From the NCBI GenBank assembly GCA_965224415.1, contig CBDCZB010000002.1, positions 266,450 through 330,449 of the forward strand: a stretch of DNA of 64,000 bases, read 5' to 3'. How positions within the stretch are numbered: position 1 is the stretch's first letter; each line of letters begins with the position of its first letter. This stretch comes from Dehalococcoidia bacterium (GTDB lineage Bacteria > Chloroflexota > Dehalococcoidia > Lucifugimonadales > JAGWBF01). A program made the position numbers and the translations under genes. Shown in pieces: positions 37,663 to 47,235 of this stretch. The notes beneath the pieces are model-generated. The model was not told the origin of the DNA, made no database searches, and worked only from the letters and a program-made list of their open reading frames with translations.

Positions 37663-38841
37663 CTAACCGGACTTGACGTCCTCCAAGCGGAAGAAGTCAA
37701 CTGCATTCCCAGCCACTATCTTGTACCTCTCGTCATCGGGGACGCCAACCATGGCCTCCTCGATCACGTCGATGGAGTGGGGCCAGTCGCATTCCGAATG
37801 AGGGAAGTCGCTGGACCACATGATGTTTTCAACCCCGATCTCGTGGCGCATCCGCACTCCCACCGGATTGCGCATGAACCCCCAAAGGAAGTGGTCACGG
37901 AGGTATTCGCTGGGTTTGCGGGAAAGGGGGGCAAGCCCGAGCTCCTGCTCGCCCACATGGTGGAGCCTGGCATACAGGTCATCGAACTGGTCGTAGTAGT
38001 TGGGTATCCAGCCGATCTGAGTCTCGGCCATGAATACTCTCAGGTTAGGGAACCTGTCGAAGACTCCCGAAAGGACCATCTGGGTGGAGTTGTAACCGCC
38101 ACTGATGGCATAGCGGGCGCACCTCTTGATGAAGTCGGTAACGTGGGGGTTCAGCGCCATGGGCCCCGGCTTCTTGGGGTACTGGCCCATGAGCCCGTCC
38201 TTATAGTACTGGTGAGAACCTATCTGCACGTGGATTGTGACAGGCATGTCGAGGTCCAGTGAAGCGGCCCAGAAACGGTCGTCCTCGGGGCTTGTAACGT
38301 CCTTGCCGGCCGGGTACTTGTTGAGGACAACGCCGGCTATCCCCGGCATCTTCCGCACCCGCTCCATTTCCTCAATGGCGTCCTCGATTCCCGTGTCCGG
38401 GATCTGGGCCAACCCCAGGAGGCGGTCCGGCGCCGGCGAGCAGTAATCGGACAAGAAATCGTTGTAGGCGCGGTTCATGGCCAGAAAAGCCTCGGGGTCC
38501 TTCACAGACCGGATGCCCTGGGAACCGCCCCCGGGGAAAAGCGCCTCTGCGTCGATTCCATCCTGGTCCTGCTCCCTCAGCCGCGACTCCGGGTCTCCCG
38601 TGCCGTGCTGCTCTTCGGCGGTTACACCTATCCATTGGAAGTCGCCGTAGGGCTTCCCGGCGCAAAGGGCCAGCCCGACGGGATGGACTCCCCCTTCGCC
38701 TATCACAGCGTCACCGCCTTCGGGCAATAAAAGCCGGCGGGGCGCTCTGTCTCGGTATTTAGACGGTATCCGATCGGTCCATTTCCAGACCGGCACCTCC
38801 AGGTGCGAATCGGCTGAGATCACCCTGTATTCTCTCGCCAT
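37663..38841 (-). CDS. amidohydrolase-2 (ACMSD-like metal-dependent hydrolase) family protein
   Basis: MAREYRVISADSHLEVP..., DQDGIDAEALFPG, SDFPHSE. GGAGG lies 7 nt upstream of ATG 38841. The maximal ORF extends to 38979. Confidence 0.75.
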   Translation of the reverse strand: MAREYRVISADSHLEVPVWKWTDRIPSKYRDRAPRRLLLPEGGDAVIGEGGVHPVGLALCAGKPYGDFQWIGVTAEEQHGTGDPESRLREQDQDGIDAEALFPGGGSQGIRSVKDPEAFLAMNRAYNDFLSDYCSPAPDRLLGLAQIPDTGIEDAIEEMERVRKMPGIAGVVLNKYPAGKDVTSPEDDRFWAASLDLDMPVTIHVQIGSHQYYKDGLMGQYPKKPGPMALNPHVTDFIKRCARYAISGGYNSTQMVLSGVFDRFPNLRVFMAETQIGWIPNYYDQFDDLYARLHHVGEQELGLAPLSRKPSEYLRDHFLWGFMRNPVGVRMRHEIGVENIMWSSDFPHSECDWPHSIDVIEEAMVGVPDDERYKIVAGNAVDFFRLEDVKSG

Positions 38842-39106
38842 CTCATTTCCTCCAAAAGAAAATGTATGCCGTCGGTAGGTGGGTACCGGGACAGGCTTAA
38901 TAAAGTAACATCGGCATAGGTCAGTGTCAACAAAAAGCCCTATGTGGCGCAAGACCCCAAACCCCCAAGAATTGAGCAATTCAGTGGGATGCCGACGTCG
39001 TTAAAACAAGCCAATGGATTCGGACGGCGAACTATGATACGGTATAACGAATATTTACTAGTTAGAGAAATAACATCTAGGATAGAAATACAGGGGACCG
39101 AATCCC

Positions 39107-40235
39107 TTGAAATCCTTCCTCATCCCGAAATTACCAATGGTCCTGGCTCTCGTGGCAGTCGTAGCGTGGACTTGGACCATCGCCACCCTCTTCTTTGGAG
39201 ACAACCCCCAACCGGCCCAAGCCGCCACCGTATCCGTTTCCGCACAAGACTCCCTCCAGGTGTTCCTGGTAATGGATTCTGCGAGGGTGCTGCTGGAAGA
39301 AGAGACCCAGTTGACCGTCGGCGGCAAAGCTGTCGGATACCGGGACAAGGTTGTTCCCTTGCCCCTGGAAGTGGAGGTCCACAACGCCACGTCGGATTGG
39401 TTGGCTATGCGGGTGACCGGCGACGCGCCCAACAGCGTCGTCCCGATTTTCGGTGACGTACACCTGCCTGGGTCCGAAGCCTCCGTCAATCTGGCTCCCA
39501 AGGGCGCCCCTGGTTCGGGGGTGATGGGGTTGTTGGACTTCCAATTGCATCAGACCGGCTCCTTACGTCGCGTGACGTCCATCGAGTTCACAACGCGCCA
39601 AGCCGACACCTCCCAACAACCGTCACTGCCAACCAGCCTGGGATTCGAGGAGGACTCGCTTGGAGAGCTGTGCTCATTCTTGGACGCTGATCCCATCCGG
39701 GATGAATTCCTGGAGTCCCACGGGGTCTCGTTCCGAGCCGGCGATGCCGACGACGGTCTGGCCATTCTCCATGAATGCGGCAACTTCGGTCTGGACTCTC
39801 GCGGCGACGGAGACTATCTCCTGGTGGGCAACGAACGGGGTGAACTGGCTAATGAAGGCTATCCTGAACTGCCGCTCATTGCAACCTTCACCGAGCCCGT
39901 CACGCAGGTTTCTTTAGTGGGCGGCGGCCGGGGTGAGAGCCGAGCCCGACACTCTTTCTCTGACCCTAAGAGCCTACGCCTACGCCGGGGGATCCGGAGA
40001 CGTGGTGGCAAGCAGTTCACTTGACGCTTCTATGCAATGGCAGCAACTGAACGTCCAAGCGCCGGAGAACAAGTCTTTCAAGAGTGCAAAACTCACCAAT
40101 GAATCGGATGTCCACTCCTACCTGGTGGACGACATGGAGTGGACATGGGCACGTGAGGAGGAGGAGATTGAGTCGCCTGAGGAGGGTGCAACTCCTCCAT
40201 CGTGCCTGGGGGTTTCAACTGCTTCTTCCCCTTGA
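39107..40235 (+). pseudogene. hypothetical anchored or secreted protein, apparently frameshifted near 39920-39935
   Basis: ORF 39107-40024 (TM VLALVAVVAWTWTIATLFF) and ORF 39933-40235 overlap in different frames. The second frame is open from 39918 and reads on naturally (..VSLVGGGRG / VRAEPDTLSLTLRAYAYAGGSGDVV..) across a G/C run GGCGGCGGCCGGGG. Confidence 0.4.
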
Positions 40236-40382
40236 TACCATAGTAGAAGGAAAGTGTTGCGGGGCGGGCTCTCCGGACGCATCCAACTGGCATCGGGTCA
40301 GGCACCCGAACTTAACGGTACGCTGCAGCTTTCAAACTACTTGAAGCGGCTGCGTCTGGCTTCACAAGGCCCCAGTGGCGCA
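40194..40382 (+). repeat. left copy of the diverged direct repeat bracketing the islet
   Basis: Contains the ORF tail PPSCLGVSTASSP-stop, CTTCCCCTTGATACCAT (40225-40241), a spacer, and GCCCCAGTGGCGCA (40369-40382), which equals nt 1-14 of tRNA-Thr(UGU). Confidence 0.7.
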
Positions 40383-40483
40383 TTAGAGAAACAACATCTA
40401 AGTTTCCATCCTAGCGTCGTATGAGACTTCGGGTTAGTTGGTCCTTCTGAAGTGTCGCCTTCGGGTACGATTGTGCTTGATTA

Positions 40484-42034
40484 TTACTTAGGACCGATCA
40501 GTTTCTGTACAAGTTCTCGAGCTCGTTCGTAGGAGGCTAGTTTCCTGACCGTTATCCTGACAGGAAAATGTTTGCTTACTGGCGAGGACAGGTTTTCTGC
40601 GTGAACCTCGCACTTTAGTGCTCCACGAACTTCGTCATCTTCAGTATCGAAGAATAATTCGCCTAGAAAGGATTCTTGGCCCGTGCTATGGCGCCACTGT
40701 TCGCATTCGACAGCGAATGACGCTCTTGGCTCGGATGGCCTGTCAGGCTTGTAGAAGAACCCATTGGGGTCTCGACGTTGATCGTATGGCGTTACGGGCG
40801 GAGGCAAATATATTGGCCTGGTATCAAACAGATTGACTCGTGGCTGCAATCTGTTCACTGATTCGAAAATTCTGCCAATCCCGCGAATTCCTCCAGTCCC
40901 GAAAGTAGCGTCGAGAGAACTAGAGGCTTGTGGACCTACTGGAGGTCGTGGCGGACGGGGGAGTGCTAGTTCCTCATCTGGGTCGTCATCTGCCTCTCCT
41001 CTGTAAGGTGGGGGACAGATTCTGAAATTCCCCATCGCCTCAATGACCACGAGTGCGTCGTTTCCGGGACGTGTGCCTTCGTTGGTGACTGCGAGTTCGA
41101 ATACAGGTTGCCCTCTACGTTGTTGAAGTTCCTTGTGTAGGTCGGAGAGAATCTTTCTGCACTGGCTGATCCAACTGGGCTATTCTCGATCTCTATATTT
41201 TGCAATGTCCTCGTCCTTAGGAGGTCCGGGTGCGAATCTTCTGTCTAACCATTCACGTGCTGTTACCCCTCTTTCGTCCCCTGCGGGTTCACCGGGAGTG
41301 AAGTTTGTCCTCATTGGGAAGTGGTTGGTCAGGGATTCCACGAGAATGTCTTTGTCACTTTCTGACAGCGGTTCATAGATGAGATGATCAGCCTCGAGGT
41401 GCTCGACGGTTTTTCCTTCCTCGTCAATAAGCTCCATCTTGAATCGGGGTTCCGATTTCTCCAGTTCAGCCACACGTTGCTTGAGTCGTGTGTTTTCTTT
41501 CTCCACTTCATTTTGCTCTGGCGGCCGTAGCCAACTTTCCTTGATTGGAACCTGGGGCAATTCTAGGGATCTTGCGGCCATGATTGGTCCCCGGTCGTGG
41601 GTAAGCAGCCGGGCATCAGCGTCTGGGTTCTCCTTTCGGAACCTGTGCAAGCAACCAACTGGTCGGAACCTGTGCAAGCAACCAACTATCTGGTCGTCTG
41701 TCTTGCTGTAATCAAGGACTTCCTTCAACTCTGGGCTGGGTTGGCCTAAACCCTCTAGCAAAAGCTTCACAATGGGTACTGAGTTATTGATTAATAGGAA
41801 GTCTTGTTCTTCTTCCGCTAGGGGAGCGAATGACTGATAAGTGGAACCGGCTCTCTTCGCAACCCGGCTGTTGCCGCGGGTCTTTTGATTGTCTATCTCT
41901 CTGGTGACCGGGCGGCAAACTATCAGATGAACTTCTTCGAATTCGGACCATATTGACCAGTCCAACTCTGCCAGCGGTTTACACTGTATAAAAAGGTTAG
42001 TGTCTGGGAACAGGTAGAGTTTGGTCTCACTCAT
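40484..42034 (-). pseudogene. PIN-like-domain protein gene (516 codons) interrupted by one in-frame TAG
   Basis: ORFs 41180-42034 and 40484-41050 are in the same frame. The only stop between them is TAG at 41182-41180, and the 43 codons after it read as protein (PSWISQCRKILSDLHKELQQRRGQPVFELAVTNEGTRPGNDALV). The N-terminus LYLFPDTNLFIQCK is PIN-like. Confidence 0.55.
41637..41690 (-). repeat. 27-bp in-frame tandem duplication inside the PIN-like gene
   Basis: CGGAACCTGTGCAAGCAACCAACT occurs at 41637 and 41664 (24 of 27 nt identical), giving VGCLHRFRP-VGCLHRFRK. Confidence 0.9.
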
Positions 42035-42107
42035 GTTGCCTGTTGCTCTCCTGTTTTACCCAGGATTTCCCATATTGGGAGTCTTCAGGCTCAAAGGGCA
42101 GACGCTT

Positions 42108-42274
42108 CCGCCTTCTTGCCTAGGGGTTTCCAGCGCCGCTTCCCCTTGATACCATTGTCTGTAGGGAGTTCCGGGACGTTCTCCAACGGGCCACCAGAGT
42201 CCTGTAACGATCTATATGCCGCAGTCCCAGACCTCAGAGGACAGCGCGCCCCTTCAGAATGCCCCAGTGGCGCA
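42108..42274 (+). repeat. right copy of the diverged direct repeat (runs into tRNA-Thr)
   Basis: Contains PPSCLGVSSAASP-stop in the equivalent frame, CTTCCCCTTGATACCAT (42139-42155), a spacer, and nt 1-14 of the intact tRNA. Confidence 0.7.
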
Positions 42275-42336
42275 ATGGCAGCGCAGCCGACTTGTAATCG
42301 GCAGGTTGGCGGGTTCGAATCCCCCCTGGGGCTCCA
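42261..42336 (+). tRNA. tRNA-Thr (anticodon UGU)
   Basis: Hand fold: acceptor GCCCCAG/CTGGGGC, D arm GCGC-AATGGCA-GCGC, anticodon arm GCCGA-CTTGTAA-TCGGC, T loop TTCGAAT, discriminator T, encoded CCA. The T stem has one C-C mismatch in my fold. Confidence 0.8.
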
Positions 42337-42343
42337 GACCCTT

Positions 42344-43327
42344 CTAACGGTTCTCGAAGACCGCCGCCCATAGAGGCGGCTGCCCGTCGATGACCCGTTG
42401 AATGTTCTGGAAAGCGTTGGCCGCTCGCTTGGCGAGCGACTCCATGGTGGGGCCTGCGTTGTGGGGAGTGAGGACAAGGTTGTCGGCTTTCAGGAGAGGG
42501 TCGTCAGGCTGGGGCGGCTCGTGATCCAGCACGTCGAGGCCGGCTGCTCCGATGGACCCGGTGTTCAGGGCTTCCGCCAGGGCGGGTTCGTTGATTATCC
42601 CTCCGCGGCTGGTGTTGACAATCACGGCTGATCTCTTCATCAAGTCCAACTCGGCTTTACAGACCATGTCCCTGGTCTCCGCCGTGAGGGGAACGTGAAT
42701 GGAAACCACGTCCGAAGTCCTCAGCAGCTCCTCGAACGAAACGGACTTGGCCTGAAGCTCCACTTCCTCCGCGCCGGTCACCGTGGCGTATTTGTCGAAA
42801 TACTGGACCTTGGCGTCGAACCCCTTGAGCATCTTAGCAACCTTGCGGGCTATGTTTCCAAAACCAATCAGCCCCACGGTCTTGCCCTCAAGTTCGTAGA
42901 CGTCCGGCTTGCGGTCCCGAGTCTCGCGCCACCCACCTTCTTTCACCAGGTTGGCGTAGTGGACCAGCCGCCGATAACACGCCAATATCAGCAGCATGGT
43001 GTGCTCGGCCACAGCAACGCTGTTGGCCCCGCCGTTGTTCGCGACAGGAATGCCCAATTCCCCAGCCAGGGAAAGGTCGACGCGGTCATAGCCCGCCGAC
43101 AAGAGCTGGACTAGTCTGCATTTTTTCGCAGCCCTGAACACCTGCTCCGAAATCCGAGCAGGCCACAGAACCAGAAAATCGGCGTCCGCCGCCAACGCGG
43201 CTTTCTTGTCGTCGTCGATGGACAGGGACGCACACGTGACTTCCATACCGGGCAAGGCTTGGGAGACCACTATATCCTGAAGCTGAGGGTCCAAGTCGCT
43301 GAGAAAAACGATTTTTGCGTCGGGCAT
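42344..43327 (-). CDS. D-isomer-specific 2-hydroxyacid dehydrogenase family protein
   Basis: GLIGFGNIARKVAKML (NAD fold), HVPLTAETRDM, VNTSRGGII, AGLDVLDHEP, LTPHNAG. ATG 43327 (MPDAKIVFL). The maximal ORF extends to 43489. Confidence 0.8.
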   Translation of the reverse strand: MPDAKIVFLSDLDPQLQDIVVSQALPGMEVTCASLSIDDDKKAALAADADFLVLWPARISEQVFRAAKKCRLVQLLSAGYDRVDLSLAGELGIPVANNGGANSVAVAEHTMLLILACYRRLVHYANLVKEGGWRETRDRKPDVYELEGKTVGLIGFGNIARKVAKMLKGFDAKVQYFDKYATVTGAEEVELQAKSVSFEELLRTSDVVSIHVPLTAETRDMVCKAELDLMKRSAVIVNTSRGGIINEPALAEALNTGSIGAAGLDVLDHEPPQPDDPLLKADNLVLTPHNAGPTMESLAKRAANAFQNIQRVIDGQPPLWAAVFENR

Positions 43328-43603
43328 GGCTTGAATGGGTCCGCCTATAGCTGGATTTTCGTGCAGTGTACCATATAGATGATACGGTCTCACCGCCTGG
43401 GTCACCTGATGCTTTCGAAGGACCGCCGCGAGATGGCGCCGGGGTAAAGGCCCTGCTTTGGGACCCTCCAACCGCTTGTAACGAAACAACGCTTTTGATA
43501 CACTCTAGCGTGGCCTGATTCCGCCAGGCTCGTGTTCGTTTGCTTGTTAAGAAAAGTGGCGAATGTCGGGTGTATTGGAGAGCGGCGGGCCGTATGCTAG
43601 ACT

Positions 43604-43691
43604 GGAGGAGTGGGTGAGCGGTTAATACCACCAGACTGTAAATCTGGCGCCCGAACGGGCTACGTAGGTTCGAATCCTACCTCCTCCACCA
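43604..43691 (+). tRNA. tRNA-Tyr (anticodon GUA), long variable arm
   Basis: Acceptor GGAGGAG/CTCCTCC, anticodon arm CCAGA-CTGTAAA-TCTGG, long variable arm, T loop TTCGAAT, A-CCA end. Confidence 0.9.
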
Positions 43692-43741
43692 TCCAAAGCG
43701 GGTCTATAATTTAACCAAGCAAGCAATAAGGGCCCACATAG

Positions 43742-43816
43742 CTCAGCGGTAGAGCACGTTCTTGGTAAGAACGGGGTCGGCGGTTCAATTCCGCCTGTGG
43801 GCTCCAGAATAGCAGA
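43742..43816 (+). tRNA. tRNA-Thr (anticodon GGU)
   Basis: Acceptor GCCCACA/TGTGGGC, D arm GCTC-AGCGGTA-GAGC, anticodon arm CGTTC-TTGGTAA-GAACG, T arm GGCGG-TTCAATT-CCGCC, T-CCA. Confidence 0.92.
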
Positions 43817-43833
43817 GAATCGGAGGAAACCCC

Positions 43834-45036
43834 ATGGCAAAGCAGGCCTTTGACCGGTCGAAACCCCACATAAACGTGGGAACAATAGGACACGTGGACC
43901 ACGGCAAGACAACGTTGACCGCCGCCATCACGAAAGTGCTCTCGCTGGGCAGCGGCAACACCTCATTCAGAGCTTTCGACACCATCGACAACGCTCCCGA
44001 AGAAAAGGCCCGCGGTTTGACCATCGCCATTTCCCACATCGAATACGAGACCGCCGCACGGCACTACGCCCACGTGGACTGTCCTGGCCACGCCGACTAC
44101 GTGAAGAACATGATCACCGGAGCCGCCCAGATGGACGGAGCCATTCTGGTCGTGTCCGCCCCGGACGGCCCGATGCCCCAGACCAGGGAGCACATCCTGC
44201 TGGCGCGCCAAGTGGAAGTGCCCCGGATCGTGGTCGCCCTCAACAAGGTGGACGCCATGGACGACCCGGAACTTCTGGACCTGGTGGAGCTTGAGGTGCG
44301 AGACCTGCTGAACCAGTACGATTTCCCCGGGGACGACACTCCCATAGTCCGGGTGAGCGCCCTGCGGGCCCTGGAGGGAGACTCGGGAGACCGCGACGAC
44401 GAATGGGCGGCACAGATTTGGGAGCTCATGGACACGGTGGACGACTATGTCCCCCTCCCCGAGCGCATCACCGACCGGCCTTTCCTGATGCCCATCGAGG
44501 ACGTGTTCGGCATCAAGGGGCGCGGCACCGTGGTCACAGGCAGGGTGGAACGCGGCACGCTGAAAACCGGCGAGGAAGTGGAGATTGTCGGGTTCGGCGA
44601 CTCCCGGAAGACCGTTGCCACCGGGCTTGAGATGTTCCACAAGAACCTGGACCACACGGAAGCCGGCGACGCCGTGGGTATTCTCCTCCGAGGCGTGGAA
44701 AGAGAGGACGTGGAGCGGGGTCAAGTACTGGCCAAGCCCGCTTCCATCCAGCCCCACACTGCGGCCGAAGCCGAGGTCTACGTGCTGAGCATACAGGAAG
44801 GGGGGCGACACACGCCCTTCTTCAACGGCTACAAGCCTCAGTTCTATATCCGGACCTCCGACATAACCGGCGAGATTCAACTGCCCGAGGGCACCGAAAT
44901 GGTGATGCCCGGCGACAACATCACGATGACCATCAAGCTGATTTCACCCATAGCCCTGGAAGAGGGACTGCGGTTCGCCATCCGAGAGGGCGGCAGGACC
45001 GTGGGGGCCGGCGTGGTCACCAAGATAGTGGAGTAG
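43834..45036 (+). CDS. tuf: translation elongation factor Tu
   Basis: 400 aa. [26 protein letters not shown]-motifs and full-length EF-Tu collinearity. Confidence 0.98.
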   Translation: MAKQAFDRSKPHINVGTIGHVDHGKTTLTAAITKVLSLGSGNTSFRAFDTIDNAPEEKARGLTIAISHIEYETAARHYAHVDCPGHADYVKNMITGAAQMDGAILVVSAPDGPMPQTREHILLARQVEVPRIVVALNKVDAMDDPELLDLVELEVRDLLNQYDFPGDDTPIVRVSALRALEGDSGDRDDEWAAQIWELMDTVDDYVPLPERITDRPFLMPIEDVFGIKGRGTVVTGRVERGTLKTGEEVEIVGFGDSRKTVATGLEMFHKNLDHTEAGDAVGILLRGVEREDVERGQVLAKPASIQPHTAAEAEVYVLSIQEGGRHTPFFNGYKPQFYIRTSDITGEIQLPEGTEMVMPGDNITMTIKLISPIALEEGLRFAIREGGRTVGAGVVTKIVE

Positions 45037-45039
45037 ACA

Positions 45040-45210
45040 ATGGCTAAGAGAGGCGGCGACGTCAGAATAGTTTTGACCATGTCATGCACTGACTGCCGCG
45101 AACGCAATTACACCAGCAGCAAAAACCGGCGGAACGACACTCAGCGGATTGAGCTGAAGAAGTACTGTCCTCGGTGTCGTTCCCACAAGGTCCACAGGGA
45201 AGAGAGGTAA
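45040..45210 (+). CDS. rpmG: 50S ribosomal protein L33
   Basis: Not in the ORF track (56 aa). MAKRGGDVRIVLTMSCTDCRERNYTSSKNRRNDTQRIELKKYCPRCRSHKVHREER, with the Cys4 zinc-ribbon form of L33. Starts 3 nt after the tuf stop. Confidence 0.9.
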   Translation: MAKRGGDVRIVLTMSCTDCRERNYTSSKNRRNDTQRIELKKYCPRCRSHKVHREER

Positions 45211-45217
45211 CGTAACC

Positions 45218-45469
45218 TTGGCCCGCTCACCTTCCGCTCGCGGACAGTCATCGCGCAACATCATCAACCCTCAGTCTGTACGACGCGGAAACCCTCTGGA
45301 ATTCTTCAGGGAGACCATCGCGGAGCTCCGAAAAGCCGTTTGGCCCACCAGGGAGGAGACGGCCCGCCTCACTGTGTACGTGATCATACTTTCCGCGTTC
45401 ATAGGGGCCATCCTGGCCGGGTTGGACTACGCCTTTTCCCAGACCTTTAGCCGGTTTATTCTGGGGTAG
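45218..45469 (+). CDS. secE: preprotein translocase subunit SecE
   Basis: FFRETIAELRKAVWPTREETARLTVYVIILSAFIGAILAGLDYAF, a single C-terminal TM helix. Canonical position between rpmG and nusG. Exact start is uncertain. Confidence 0.8.
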   Translation: MARSPSARGQSSRNIINPQSVRRGNPLEFFRETIAELRKAVWPTREETARLTVYVIILSAFIGAILAGLDYAFSQTFSRFILG

Positions 45470-45519
45470 ACTCTCAATCCCTAACGACAACCTCAGGACA
45501 AGACCATCAAGGAGTCATT

Positions 45520-46077
45520 GTGTCTAGCACGACCAGCGAAGTTCGATGGTACATAATCCACACCTACTCCGGCCAGGAGGAACGGGTGGAGAAGAACCTT
45601 AACCAGCGTGTCCAAAGCCTGGACATGAACGACAAGATATTCCGTGTGGTGGTGCCCACAGAAGAGGAGATCGTCCTCAAAGATGGAAAGAGGAAGCCGG
45701 AGCGGAAGAAGGTCTTCCCCGGCTATATCCTGGTGCAGATGACCATGGACGACGAAAGCTGGTACGTCGTTCGTAACACCCCCGGCGTGGCGGGTTTCGT
45801 ATCAACAGAGGACGAGACAGACAAACGCACCAAGCCCGTGCCCCTGGAGGACCAGGAAGTGTCCAACATACTGAAGCAGATTGAGTCGGGCCCTCCAAAG
45901 GTGCAGGTGGGATTCCAGAAGGGCCAGATGGTCCGCATCGCGTCGGGGCCCTTCGCCGACTTCATCGGCTCGGTCAGCGACATAGACGCTTCCAAGGCCA
46001 AGATGAAGGTGTTGGTGTCTTTCTTCGGTCGGGAGACCCCCGTCGAGTTGGACTTTCTCCAGGTAGAGAAGATATAG
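45520..46077 (+). CDS. nusG: transcription termination/antitermination factor NusG
   Basis: GTG start. WYIIHTYSGQEERV, VFPGYILVQM, VRNTPGVAGFV, and KOW motif GQMVRIASGPFADFIGSV. Confidence 0.95.
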   Translation: MSSTTSEVRWYIIHTYSGQEERVEKNLNQRVQSLDMNDKIFRVVVPTEEEIVLKDGKRKPERKKVFPGYILVQMTMDDESWYVVRNTPGVAGFVSTEDETDKRTKPVPLEDQEVSNILKQIESGPPKVQVGFQKGQMVRIASGPFADFIGSVSDIDASKAKMKVLVSFFGRETPVELDFLQVEKI

Positions 46078-46086
46078 GAGACCCAG

Positions 46087-46512
46087 TTGGCAAAGAAGGT
46101 TCGGGCAATAATCAAGCTTCAACTTCAAGCCGGAAAGGCAACGCCGGCGCCCCCCGTCGGGCCGGCGTTGGGTCAGCACGGCGTGAACATCATGGGATTC
46201 GTCAAAGAGTACAACGAACGCACCGCATCCCAGGCCGGGACCATCATCCCCGTCCACATCACCGTGTTCGAGGACCGCTCCTTCAACTTCGTGACTCGGA
46301 CTCCGCCCGCGTCTGAGCTTCTGAGGCAGGCGGCGGGGGTTGAGAAGGGCGAAGCGCGCGCCGGCCACAGCAATGTGGGAACGGTGTCCAGAGACGCCGT
46401 GCGCAGCATCGCCTCGAACAAGTTCAACGACCTGAACGCCGCAGACATTGACGCGGCGGTGAAAATCATAGAAGGCACCGCCCGAAGCATGGGCATAAAG
46501 ATAGAGGAATAG
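46087..46512 (+). CDS. rplK: 50S ribosomal protein L11
   Basis: TTG start. [30 protein letters not shown]. Confidence 0.95.
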   Translation: MAKKVRAIIKLQLQAGKATPAPPVGPALGQHGVNIMGFVKEYNERTASQAGTIIPVHITVFEDRSFNFVTRTPPASELLRQAAGVEKGEARAGHSNVGTVSRDAVRSIASNKFNDLNAADIDAAVKIIEGTARSMGIKIEE

Positions 46513-46516
46513 TGCA

Positions 46517-47230
46517 ATGGTAAAACGCAGCCGCCGCTACTTGGCAGCGAGGGAAAAGATAGACCCGGAAAAGGACTACCCGCCCGAGGAGGCCTTGTCC
46601 CTCCTCAGGGAAGTGTCTTCGGTCAAGTTCGACGAAACCGTCGAACTACACCTGCGCACCGGGGCTGACACGCGCCACGCCGACCAGATGGTCAGGGGTG
46701 TGACCGTCCTGCCCCACGGGCTGGGCAAGGAGACCCGGGTTCTGGTGTTCGCCAACGGGGAAGCTGCGGACATCGCACGGCAGGCGGGAGCCGACTACGT
46801 GGGAGAAGACGACCTTATCCAGCGCATCGAAGGCGGATGGGTGGAGTTCGACGTGGGACTTGCCGTACCCGACGTAATGTCCAAGATAGGCAGGCTGGGG
46901 CGAGTCCTGGGACGAAGGGGGCTGATGCCCAACCCCAGAACGGGCACCATGGTGCAGGCCAGGGACTTGCCCCGCACCATCGACGAAGCCAAGAAGGGCC
47001 GTCTGGAGTACCGCACCGACCGCACATCCATCATCCACTGCCCGGTGGGCAAGATGTCGATGTCCGACGAGGCGCTCCTGGGCAACGTGGCATCTCTCAT
47101 GGACTCAGTGAACAGATCGCGCCCTGCGGCCATAAAGGGCGCTTTCATCCGATCGGCCTTCCTTACGTCGTCCATGGGGCCCAGCATCAAGCTGGACCTC
47201 ACGGCGCTCTCGTCGATGAGGGCCGACTAG
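46517..47230 (+). CDS. rplA: 50S ribosomal protein L1
   Basis: 237 aa. [44 protein letters not shown]. Confidence 0.95.
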   Translation: MVKRSRRYLAAREKIDPEKDYPPEEALSLLREVSSVKFDETVELHLRTGADTRHADQMVRGVTVLPHGLGKETRVLVFANGEAADIARQAGADYVGEDDLIQRIEGGWVEFDVGLAVPDVMSKIGRLGRVLGRRGLMPNPRTGTMVQARDLPRTIDEAKKGRLEYRTDRTSIIHCPVGKMSMSDEALLGNVASLMDSVNRSRPAAIKGAFIRSAFLTSSMGPSIKLDLTALSSMRAD

Positions 47231-47235
47231 AGGAC

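Noticed and set aside
41180-41182. TAG as pyrrolysine or programmed read-through
   Set aside because: No pyl genes or PYLIS-like context are visible in the window. TAG is used as an ordinary stop by many genes here (for example tuf and rplA). Decay signs (27-bp duplication, neighbouring frameshifted gene) favour a nonsense mutation.
40484-42034. Interpretation as a two-gene toxin-antitoxin or defence pair (PIN-like 284 aa plus 188 aa partner), with ORF 40966-41205 as a bridging gene
   Set aside because: Both ORFs are in the same frame, separated by a single TAG, with protein-like sequence across the gap. The 79-aa ORF is in another frame and looks spurious. A single interrupted gene is more parsimonious, but the two-gene reading is not fully excluded.
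42091-42477. ORFs overlapping the tRNA-Thr(UGU) gene (42091-42477 minus, 42116-42373 plus)
   Set aside because: They overlap a well-folding tRNA and the end of the dehydrogenase gene, and have no motif support.
43490-43603. Promoter for the tRNA-Tyr/tRNA-Thr/tuf unit
   Set aside because: The candidate hexamers (TTGTTA, TTGGAG, TATGCT) have wrong spacing (21 and 12 nt), so no convincing -35/-10 pair could be called by eye.
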